Assembly (NCBI GenBank): GCA_973895155.1
Contig: OZ316891.1
Coordinates: 9,487,875 to 9,551,874 of the forward strand
Length of the DNA: 64,000 nt
DNA from: Marsupella aquatica
Lineage: Eukaryota > Plantae > Marchantiophyta
Reading direction: 5' to 3'
How positions within the stretch are numbered: position 1 is the first letter of the stretch; every line of letters begins with the position of its first letter. The position numbers and the translations under genes were made by a program. Positions 38,813-49,654 of the stretch are shown here, in pieces. The notes under the pieces are model-generated. The model ran no database searches. It saw only the letters and a list, made by a program, of their open reading frames with translations, and was not told the origin of the DNA.

Positions 38813-40889
38813 GAAATTATTTGAGTGGCAACATATGTAAACATGCATAACACGTAGAGGCTAGGACAAATGATGTGTAACGAAATTTTGGATACGGAAA
38901 GAACGAGGTAAGGCATTACGACAGCCGTATGCATAACAGAAATGTCCTCAACACTTATCCACAGGTACGAAGTTTTCAACAGAATATGTGATCGAAACAC
39001 GAAGAACAACCGAACACACCCCGAACCAACCGCTAAAATGGAATAACCGAGTCACAAGGAATACTATATGTCAAGGGTCACAGATTTAAGAAACCCTCTG
39101 AAGCCCAGTATTGACCTTATCGTTCTTGTACTACAATCATAGCAAAGCATACGGCATTACAATGTCGGCAAGGTACTCATGCCAGTTAGATAGGCACCTG
39201 TCTCTGCTGAGCAACAGCAATAGCTGCCTGAGAATCATGGTATCGTCTGGCTGCAGACCCACCCTGTGACTCTGCTTGGCCATAAGGACTCAAATTTTGC
39301 CCATATTGAGCCCTGTCTGATTGGGAATAATCTGAACTCTTAATATTGTAATTAGCCCCGTACTGATCAGGTGCTTTTTGACTATAACCTGACGGAGAAG
39401 ACGCACCACCATAATCACCATTTTTCCCATCGTAGTTGGCACTTGAAGCACCGGTTCCATACTTATCGGTGTCATCATACTTCGTGGCATCTGCTCCATA
39501 CACTCCAGACGCACTTACAGAGGAAGCTCCACCAACAACATACGAAGCTCCAGTATTGATAGCCCTGTCTGGACCAGCTCCATAGGCTGCTGACCCTCTA
39601 CTTCCGGCAGTTCCTTGGGTTGTGAAATCTGGAGAGACTACTGCCCTTGCAGTGGATGCCAGTACCTGTTGTACCTATTGATATCATCCACATAGGCAAG
39701 AAACCGATGAGCTTCATCTTCGGAGATAGGTACGAAAACTATGTCGATCATCATGTCATACCATTGCGACATTAAACGTCAAGGCCGACAGGTTTTACCA
39801 AACTTCAGTACTTATAAATAACGCGGCCACGCAAGAACAACAGAAATTCATATTTTAAATACGAAACGAACCAACCTTGCACAGGCAACGCTAGGCGTGA
39901 AATCCAAACAGAAGTGCTCTAAACTTTTACCTGTTGCGTATTGCTTTGCACTGCAGTTCCATAGACGCCTCCATACTGGCCCCCGTACTGACCAGCCCCA
40001 CCAGATGATCCACCTCCGCTTGCTGCAGAGGCAACACCGGTGGTTGACCGTCCATAAGCGCTTTGTTGCTGTGGAGCGGTTTGTGCTGTTTGTGCTGAAG
40101 CTTGCTGGGACCAGGGAACTGCCTGTGGTTGAGCTGATTGCGTTTGGGAAGCCGCACCTACAGCTCCATACGATGTATTGCTACCATAGGTTGCTTGAGA
40201 CACTGCGCCTTGGGGCTGCTGGACCTTCATATAGACGACGGTAATGAAATTTCAGTGGTCACGAGTGACTCATGGTGAAAGAAGGAACCCGAAAACAGAC
40301 ATGACTTCCACTCGATTACAAATGTGCGGTTCCAAAATATCTAAAAAAATAATGCACATTCTTCATTGTCAAGCGGTAAAGGGAAAAGAGTCGCAACCGA
40401 CGACTCGGCCACGCAGCTAAACGACTCATCCGTCTGATTTTGTTAAAATCTTTGCATACGCCCGTAAAACTGCGAGTAGGAAGCAGATAAAATAGCAGGT
40501 CACATGGACAGCATACATCAATCAAGAAGGGGTGACCCAGGCAAGAAAGACGTACCTGTACTTGTTGAACATAACTTTGCTGGGGATAAGATTGCTGCGC
40601 ATACGCTTGCGGGACATAAGCAGCACTGTTAGCAGAGGAAGGGGCCGCTCCCTGCTGCCCCGTGTACGAATTCGATGAGTACACATATTGGGCCGCCTGC
40701 TGATGCCCTTGCTGGTAGAAAAGCAACCCCGAAGAAATGACGAAGAATCAGTACCTTGAATTCTACCTTCTTTCACAAAATAGTTAGAAACCTAAAAAGG
40801 AAAGTTAGAGCACAATGTAACAAGTATGCTGCGCAACGTAAAGGGCACGCCCTGGAACGAATGTCCATTGCCTGGCGAAAGAAAGCCAT
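29671..40889 (-). CDS. EMB1579: EMB1579/RSA1 (SHORT ROOT IN SALT MEDIUM 1)-like CCAR1/DBC1-family nuclear EF-hand protein, roughly 20 exons
   Basis: N-terminal Q/G/S/Y low-complexity exons (40.7-38.7 kb, with polyQ at ~38745-38810) and an RD/RE-rich region (37.6-37.9 kb). The DBC1 domain reads VMLMSG..LHNLLKFVALRKDRSAIMACGGPWDKDLDGGDP..LLRTAIR..DLSSCTHWLRFLEVHYER. It is followed by SLDGLLDYDEEDREECTFE-LSVFAEVYQEMLGYKM and a C-terminal EF-hand, AYRYFDRNRVGYLKADDVRRLLHSLG. Last exons: 30288-30247, 30030-29968, 29766-29671. The start ATG at 40889 is tentative; a 5'UTR donor lies at ~41454. Confidence 0.88.
33675..33795. repeat. Exact 60-bp tandem duplication in an intron
   Basis: cgtgacaaaatgcagtccaggctaagcaaagtgactctatatagtgtacactaaagttcg x2. 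Confidence 0.95.
37354..37380. repeat. Interstitial plant telomere repeat (CCCTAAA)n in an intron
   Basis: ctaaaccctaaaccctaaaccctaaac. Confidence 0.9.
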
Positions 40890-42040
40890 CTATACATCTC
40901 CCTGGACCCTCGTCATCGGACACAGCACGTGCAAACAACTCGAATACTAAACCCACCGCGTGCCCGCCCCTGCGCCGGGCGGAATGCCTAGCTCAAGAAA
41001 CAAGCGGCCCGACAATGAGAATATAAAAATCTTTATCTTCTCACATCTCAGCCCCAACCGTATGAGACTCTCGGAGGCCTTACCGAGAGTGCCTGATCAA
41101 TGTGCATTGTGAGAATGTCTGTTCTTGCCGGGGTCAACTTTCATGTCACATGCACCGCATTAAGGTCGATAAAGATAACAGCTGAGTTCAAGAAGCTAAT
41201 CGGTATCAATGATCCCAGCGAGTCAAAAGAAGAATGCCCGGCCGCTGGTTCGACACGAGAGCAGCGCAGCGCAGTGGAGAACAAGAACAAGACAAAAAGA
41301 AAAGGACGAAGAAGAGGAAGAAGCCAGCCTAAGGCGACTCCTACTCCCGCAGTGGATGATATCGTGACTTCCGCGAGCCAGCGACGTACAATGACATGAC
41401 AACAGCAAGACCTCGAACGACGCAATCGCCAAGAGTTTCAACAGACAGTACTTACCAAGGCCGTGTTCTGCATCTCCCGCAATCGCCTTACAGAGCGGAG
41501 ATTGATTATTTCCCGTCCAGACAAACTCCCTCCCCTTCCCTCCCCTTTCTTTCTCCTCTCTTCTCCTTCTCCTTCTCCTTTCTCCTCCTCCGTCCCCTTT
41601 CTTTCCTCACTGATGCCTCATCACCACACAAAACCGAGAAGCCACGCGAACTGCAGCCCAGCCGATCCGCCGAGAATTCCAAAACCCTTCCAAGTTCCTT
41701 CCACTTCCACACCTCCGCTCCAATTGCTGCAGCACTACTCCTGTATAGGGTTCAGCAGACGGGACCAGCCCCGTTCACCTCCTTCACCTTCGAGCGAGTC
41801 GACGGGACGCCAGATTCCCTTCTTGACGACACGAAACTCCTCGTCTCACATGATTGTGTGGAATGCGAAAGGAATAATTTGCTTCGTGTGGCCCGTGGCC
41901 GCGCTGCCCTTTCTGTGAAGGAGAGCGAGAGAGAGCGAAAGAGATTAGTAGGATCGCAGATGCGAAGAAGATGCTGCGTTTCATTTCCTCTTCGTTCGTC
42001 GTCCCTTTCCCTCTCCCTCTCCCTCTCCCTCTCGTCTTGT

Positions 42041-42620
42041 CTTCCGTCGCAGGATCGATTCCCTTCAGCGCCATCAAAACTCTTTCCGAGATTTACTTCG
42101 TTGCCACTCGCTTGTGTCTAATTAAGTGATTTAATTTAATCATTCGTTTATAGTTTCATTTCATCTCCGCTTCGTCTTCCGGTTCCCGTTAGAGCCTTCC
42201 GTCGCAGGATTGACTCTCTTCAGCGCCATGAAAACTCTTTCCGAGATTTACTTCATTGCCTCTCGCTTTTGTCTAATTAGGTGCTTCAATTTAATCATTC
42301 GTTTAAAGTTTCATCTCCGCTTCGTCTTCCGGTTCCCGTTAGAGTCTTCCGGTCGTAGGATCGATTCTCTTCAGCGCCATTTACCGTACTTTATTGCACC
42401 TCGTTTTTGTCTAATTAGGTGCTTTAATAATAGATCAATCGTTTTAGTTTAATCTCCGCTTCGTCCCCTGTGTTCCCTCGTCTTGGCTTCCGTCGCAGAT
42501 TCCCTTCAGCGCCATAATAAACTCTTTTCCAAGGTTTACCGTACTTTATTGCACTTCGTTTTTTTCTAATTGGGTACTTTAATCATTCGTTTTAGTTGAA
42601 TCTCCGCTACGTCTTCCTGC
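42041..42620. repeat. Tandem array, four copies of ~140-155 bp, upstream of the EMB1579-like promoter
   Basis: The unit cttccgtcgcaggatcgatt..cttcagcgccat...tctaatta...tctccgcttcgtc starts at ~42041, 42196, 42346 and 42487. Confidence 0.92.
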
Positions 42621-44019
42621 AAGGAAAAGAGTACTCAACCTCAATAAACTCCTTTCGTCTCTTTATGAAAAAAAATCATACCAAAATGACAAAGGAGAAA
42701 AAGCAAAAATGGGCCACAAAGGACGACCAGTGACAAATAACAAACTCAAAAGAAGAGTACAAATACAAACCCCAAAAACCTAGAAAGAAGAAAGAGACTA
42801 GTGATCTAATATTGCATAGATGTAGACCAATAAACGATCTAATGATCTACACCTAGTGGATGTCACTTTTGTCAAACTTTTGGTCAGTCGATGCCCAATC
42901 ATACTCACTGCTACATATCTACTATGGATTACTCAGGCTTGAGCACGTTGTAACTTAACACTAGTATGTTGAACGAGGTGCATAGTCAAAACGGACTGTG
43001 GTGGTCCTTCTCTATATAGTAACACCTTGGTTGTTTCCAGGGCATTTGTGGGTCATACTGCCCCCCCAAACGCTAGGGATTTTGGGCGGCTTTACAAGAC
43101 GAGGGGATCATTCTCTTCTATTTATTTGTTCTCAGATTAAAATCTAAACCATGTAATGAGTGAATCTGGCTGCAGCTGGCAACTAGGGGGCCTATTCTCT
43201 AGATTACATTCTTTTAAAACACTTACATCAAAATGCTTTGAGTATTCTTAAAACATAATTTTCCAAGTTTCACAAACACTACAAGCCAAAATACCTGTGC
43301 ATATGGAGAGGAAGAGCTCCCGATACCCAACTCGCCATGCACATCTTACTCACAAGCCTAGTCTAAATATTAAAATATTATAATATTACTATAAAGAAAT
43401 CATGGCCTGTGGCTATACTCTATGTAGTACGTCATGAAAGGTAGACTTTGCTCGCATATCTAAATACTATAATATCTATTTTCACTTTTTCTTTCTCATG
43501 GTCTGCCTACAAAATATCACTTTGGTAGCAAGCTTCCCTAGCTGTTTTATTATGGCGACAGTTTCCCTAGCCATGAGATGGGCCAGAAAGTGACACCATG
43601 CTCTATTTAGACTGACTGTGATTAAACTGAGACTAAGTTAGACTACTAGGACCTTAACCATGGTTAGATTTGCTTAGCATCTAGAGGAGCTAGAGAGAGT
43701 TCCTTGTTGAGACTCAAGCTCATTTGTAAGAGAGCAAGCTAGGAGCTAGGTGATCAAGATACTAGGAGCTTGTACTTGGAGGCTTGGTGTGGCTATGGTA
43801 GCCAAAGCGTAGTAAAGCTCTTGTATTCCGGTGCACATGGCCTTGACAAAGGTGAACCACATATGATCCATGAAGTTGGTGTAATGTGTGCTTGCTGGCA
43901 AACTCTTGGGTGTAACTGAAGTTGGGGTGCAATTGGAAAACAAAGATTTGGGGCAAGGTGAGTCACTGAAGATGGTGCAACAAGCTCGAATGTAAATTGC
44001 CATAAATGCACTTCCAGGG

Positions 44020-44420
44020 GCTCATCTCAGCTAATAGTTTTAGATAATATTTAATTTCTTGGGTTAGCCTGATCACCAGATTCACTTGGTAAAAGGTTCA
44101 TCATTCTATCTCTCCATCTCAGGCTAATAGTGTTAGATTTAGTTTACATTAATTTTTTTGGGCTAGCCTAGTAATGAGTATATGGTAAAAGGTTCATTGT
44201 TCTATCCATCCATTCTTAGGCTATTAGCGTTTAGATTGTATTTATATATCTTTTTTGAGCTAGCCTAATGGTCAGTAGGGTAAAAGGCTCATCATTCTAT
44301 CTATCCATCTCATGCTATTAGTGTTTAAATTTAGATTATACTTATTTATATCCATCCGTTATAAGAGTTTCAAGTTAGATTATATTTAAGCTTTGGGTGA
44401 GCCTGATTGTCACTATGGTA
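44020..44420. repeat. ~97-bp tandem repeat, about four copies
   Basis: Recurrent catctcaggctaatagtg.ttagat...ggctagcct...ggtaaaaggttcatcattctatc. Confidence 0.8.
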
Positions 44421-45216
44421 AACCCCTTGGTTATGTAAGCTTGTTTTATTCAGCTATTTGGAGTAACGAAGAGTTGCACATTGAAATACATAGATGAGAG
44501 TACAAAGATTAAATGGAGGATTCTAAATGAAATGAGTGTTAGAGGCCATTAGGACACATTCAATTTCTTGAAAACAAGTAGGAGGACATTAATGATAATG
44601 CTCCATGCAAAAGGTTCTTTTGGTACCTCCATGTCTATACTGTGCATGTAACATTCCATCTAGTTCATGCACAATATTCCTTTGTCCATAGTAATTAAAG
44701 GGTCTTAGAGTCCCTTGGTATTCCTATGTCCATTGTAGTTATAGTGTTTCTTACATTGACTTGTTACTCCTCTATCCATAGTACCCAAAGAGTATCTTAG
44801 GTTATGTTGGTTCATGTTACAAAAGTTGAAGAGTTTCTTGGGTTTCTTACATTACTTTGCTAAATGTTACAGTAGCTGAAGAGTTTCTTTCTACCTATGG
44901 TTATTTCAAAAATGTGTAGATTAAATAGAAAATTCAAACAAATTATCAAAAAACACTGATATATCAATCACAACCCATCCAAAGGTAATTTTCTTCCACC
45001 CTTACTTTACCCCTTTCTTTGTTTATTTGGAATGTTACTTTTCAGTTTTTCATTGTTATCAAAGCTACGGGATCTAATTGTTTGTCTTTGCCTTGCCTCA
45101 AGAATAGTCAATTTTGGTTCTTCTTGCAGAACGAACTTTCCTTGTTTGTGACTAATCACACTCTTGTGCCTCCATGTACTCTAGGAATTTTGGAAGGAGA
45201 TTCCCATGGGGGTCCC
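44421..45216 (+). mobile_element. ~800-bp dispersed non-autonomous element, copy 1
   Basis: Colinear similarity to 59657-60480 throughout (ccccttg.ttatgtaagcttgttttatt ... ggtcttagagtcccttggtattcct ... catggggg). Short inverted termini are (gg)acccc / ggggtcc. Confidence 0.8.
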
Positions 45217-46084
45217 TAAACATGATGCTTCTATCCATCCATCTTGTGTCAGGTCTACCACTTACACCCATTTATATGGCCATAAAGTGTTGATTAGCAA
45301 GACGCAATTACCATGATTAAAGCTGTGACTATTGGAATAAGAATTTTACTTGGAATTCTCTCTGTGTCAATGTTAGCCCAGCAAAGTGCTTTGACCATTG
45401 GTGTTCTTTTTGACCTCTATGCATTTCACCGCTCCATTCGAAAATTCTGGACTTCCAATAAGAATGGGAACAAACCAATTACCAAAACCACCTATCATCG
45501 CTGGCTTAACCATAAAGAAGATCAATGAAACTCAGAATGTAAGAAAATCTATATATTTTTAGACTTTTCAAAAAACTATTTTAATAACTTATTTTTAAAT
45601 AATATGAATTAATAATAATTAACTAAGGATAATATTTAAGATCAGGCACAGATGAACACATCAAATTATTTACAGTCTAGGATGTCTAAGTGCAGGCTAC
45701 TGCAAAGACACCCCAAGACTGTACTTATCCATGTTATGCACTATGTCAGAAGTGCATGGGGTATCATTATGCACTTATCCATATGTGCATGCTGCATTAT
45801 GCAATAAGTGCAAGTGAAATCTCTCCTACACTTCCTCATATGTGTTGTCTGGTTATACACATGGGACTCCTCATACCCCAAACTCTCATATAGCGTTACT
45901 CAAGTAGATAGATAAGTACATGAACTACTGTAAGCACTCTCTGTTGCACTTATGAACAAAAGCTTCTATTGTATGGATTGCAGTAGATGCATGTGCACTC
46001 TTATCAAATATGTGGAAATGGACTTATGTATTTGTCCTTTAGTGATGTCCACCTACAATTGCAAAGAACAGTTAATTTTTTTGG

Positions 46085-46540
46085 TGCATTTACAACATGA
46101 ACGCTCTCCATTAACAGGGTACTGTTACCCACACAATGCACTTACACATGGTACACTTATAGATGGTAGAGTGCAGGCAGTTACAAACAGGCATTTTGGT
46201 GCATTTAATGAAGGAAAGCGCTGCAATATCATGGGATTACACATAGGCCTACAATCACCCACATAATGCACTTAAACACGGTGCACTTATAGATGGTAGA
46301 GTGTATGCACTTACAAACATGCATTTACAAAAGGAAAGCGCTCCATTTCTTTAATGGGATTACACGATCGTCCTACAATTACCTACAGAATGCACTTACA
46401 CACGTTGCACTATAGATGGTAGAGTCTATGCACATGCATTTACAAAAGAAAAGCGTCCCAATATAATGGGATTACACGATAGGCCTACAATTACCCACAG
46501 GATGCACTTACACGCGGTGCACTTAAAGACGGGAGACTGT
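46085..46540. repeat. Tandem array, about four copies of 115-130 bp, abutting the RPS16 promoter
   Basis: The unit gcatttaca..gaaagcg..atgggattacac..cctacaatt.ccc.ca..atgcacttacac..gtgcactta.aga.gg.agag starts at ~46086, 46201, 46321 and 46436. Confidence 0.9.
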
Positions 46541-46696
46541 ATGTGGCTTATCCTCATACAAACCGAGCGGACGCAATGATCAGGGAGCCGATCGAGGAAG
46601 CTTTGCGTTTGGCCAAGACGAGCCGAGCAGAGCAGAGGAGAGGAGAGGAGAGGTATAATTTTGTTGGAGCTCCTGTTGTTGTTGCTGCTGTTGGAG

Positions 46697-47939
46697 ATGG
46701 CCGCGGTTTCAGCTACGATCGGTGCTGCTCTCGGATCCGTTGCTGCGCGGCAGACGGCTGCAACCCAGGTGCGAATCTCGATTGGTGGCCATAGCCAGCG
46801 CGCTTTGAGAGATTCGAAGACTGTCCAGTGCCGTTCGCCTGTTCTTCCCGTTTCAGGTGGGTTTCCGGTGTTGGTTTCGATTCTGGTAGAAGTGGGCATT
46901 CGAAAGAGGCTTTTCTGTGGTCTGCGGGACAACAATGCTTGCTTGACTTAGACTTTATGGGGTTGGAATCTGTCTGAGGTCTGAGGTGTGGCGTTTGGTT
47001 GGATTCGCTGTTGTCGCAGCTCCTGGAGCAGTAAGTTTGAGGGGCCTCGTATGGAGCGGTCAAAAGAGTAAGAAGAGAACAGTGGCGGTGTCGTCTTCGT
47101 CTCCTGTCTTTGTAGCGGCAGCTGCCACCGCTGTCGAAGCCGCGCCAGCAGTGTCCACTGAAGCAGTGCCGCGTCCCAAAAAGATCGGGAAGGGAGTTGT
47201 CAGATTGAGGCTAACGAGGTTGGGGAGGAAAAAGAGGCCTTTTTTTCGAATCGTTGCCACTCACTACTCATGGCGTCGTGATGGAAAATACATCGAATTG
47301 CTCGGGCATTACAACCCCTTACATGGTAACACTCACGTTCGTAGTGTGGAGGAAGTCCGAGTCCTATGTCTTGTTCACACCATTCCTACTTACTAATTCC
47401 GAGGAAGGAGGTATTACTAGTTCACCCTTTATATAAGGTTGCCTGCTTTTCGAGTCGTGCTCTCGTTTCGTTGAATTGATCCAACTCACCGTTTTGCAAA
47501 AGAATCACTCTGGAGCATTGTACATCTGACATTGCCTGTCTTGGTCTTTGTTTCAGGTAAGGATGATCTGGGCATCGTCGTGAAAGCTGATAGGATCAAG
47601 TAAGTTCCTCTCTCCCATAGAGGATTTGTGTATCTAGTTCTGCGGCCTTCTACGGACAATTTTTCCCGGAAGGAAAAACGAATGTCCGATTCTCTCTCGT
47701 GTTGTTGAACTGGAAGCCCAACAACTTCGTGAGATGTTGCTTCAGAAGATGGAGACATCTATGATGGAGACATCTATGAAATTAGGGTTGGCCATTCCTT
47801 GGACCTTAAAACTGCTCTGACCGGATTCATGTGGGTATGTCCCAGGTATTGGTTGGGAGTTGGGGCACAGCCATCGGACACAGTTACTGGCATCCTACAC
47901 AAAGTAGGAATTTTGAAGAAACCTGAAATCGAGCAATGA
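46697..47939 (+). CDS. RPS16: Nuclear-encoded organellar ribosomal protein bS16 with a long N-terminal transit peptide (200 aa)
   Basis: Exons 46697-46856, 47020-47325, 47557-47599 and 47846-47939 total 603 nt, all GT-AG. Core: [61 protein letters not shown]. Confidence 0.92.
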
Positions 47940-49654
47940 ACAAGTGAGCATTAGGGTGGTAGGTCAGTGGTAGATTTGGCCGAAGAGCGTCAATTACAGG
48001 TGAGGAGCAGGGCCTCAAGCGCTGGACGAAGACACAAGAAAAAACATCAGCAGCTCAAATTGAGTTGCTCTAGAAGCTTAGTGATTTCTTTGTTCACAAG
48101 TGTCATATGTAAGAGGGCCACCATCTATCCGAAATAGTTCCAGATGTCACTGGTAATGCTGTGTGTTGATTTGTGTTACGGTGGAGGACAAGGTTGAGGT
48201 AACCAAAGTTTACTTCTTTTTTCCTCGTCATAGAGCTTTCTCTACTGTTTACTCTGTCCTCTGGCTCAAAATTCCCAACGATAGGTGGCCTTAAGGATTA
48301 TATCAAAAAGGTGAGGACTACTGGTTTTACTTGGAATGTACGTGACTAGCCAGGGGTGTACACGGCCTGCTACCGGGTGTTGTGTCCGTGAAACTTCATT
48401 TCATGTCAGAGAGCAACACTCAGCTAATACTGTTGGCTCAATATAAGTCAAGTCGTCAAACCTCTTATTCCTCTGTCATGATTCCTGCGTAGGCATCACT
48501 CATTCAATGCTGATACTCTGCAATTTTTCGAACCGCAAGAAAAATCAATGGTGGGACATTGTATTGAAGTGAAACAACGCCTCGACATTGCGCCTTAAAC
48601 TGCAGATCAACAAACGAGGCGATCACCTCTGGGAATTGAGTTGGAACCTGGCTTTGAAGTAAAGTTTTTCTCAGGTTCCACTGTTGTGGCCATCCGGATG
48701 TTCGAAATTGGAAGTCACTCGGTGTACGTATATGAAAATTAACTAACGAGGACCTTTAATATCCAGCTTTGCAGAGACAGACCATGGTATCAAAGTGCAG
48801 AAAAGTTTCATGCAGTCCACAAAGTATCATCGTAAGAAGTAATTTTCCAATATGATCTATCCAGATTTTAGTGTTGCATCCAGTTTTGGGTTATTCATGA
48901 CCAAACAAATTGATTTTAAAGCACAGGAAATTTCCCAACTGGTTCAAGGGGCATCGAGTTGGATATGGCAAGGAAAAAAATTAGTAAACTTCTCCGAAAA
49001 CAATGTGTAGAGAGAGCTTAGTTGCAAATGAAGGCGGACAATCAAAATTTAACAGGGTATGAATATCGCTCATAACGAGAGAAGTTCTTCACAACATCGA
49101 GTTACCAGGTGAATGTACTGTGGACTTCGACCTCACATCCACTCGTGTAAATGGCTGCGTTGAATGTTCGGATACCGATCAGACCGAAGTTGAATGAGAG
49201 GTGGGATTTCAGCCATTAATTGAGTGTTTCTTTTATTGTCCAATTTCCACATTCTTGCCCAAGATTTGGGTCGGACCAATGCACGGCAAGTAATTAGAAT
49301 TTCTGGATCAAGTTGGCTATAATCTTTACTCCTTTGAGATTGTTACCAGATCCAAGGGTATCCCCTAAATCCTAGGAGAGCTAACGATAAAGATTAGATG
49401 TGTGGGGCACACCTCTGCCTTACGTAATTATCTTTCCAATAATGTCATAAATGACTCGCCACCCAACCGTACTAGGTCCCACAAAACAAAACATAACTCT
49501 ACAGTCACCACTCAGGCGAAAGCGAATCAGGCTGCTAATCGGTCGAATGGCGACCTTTCACACCAGAAAGAAAGTGCAACTTGTGAATGCCCCCCGCCAT
49601 CCTCTTGTGATGCTTTGACACCACCAACTTTCCAAAATGCCTTCACTGACCAGA

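Noticed and set aside
41396-42121. 241-aa + strand ORF and overlapping ORFs
   Set aside because: CT/GA-rich 5'UTR and promoter region of the EMB1579-like gene; low complexity with no domain.
42041-42620. CRISPR-like array (also considered for 54110-54352, 27104-27180 and 28816-28896)
   Set aside because: Whole units are homologous with no unique spacers, there are no cas genes, and the context is eukaryotic.
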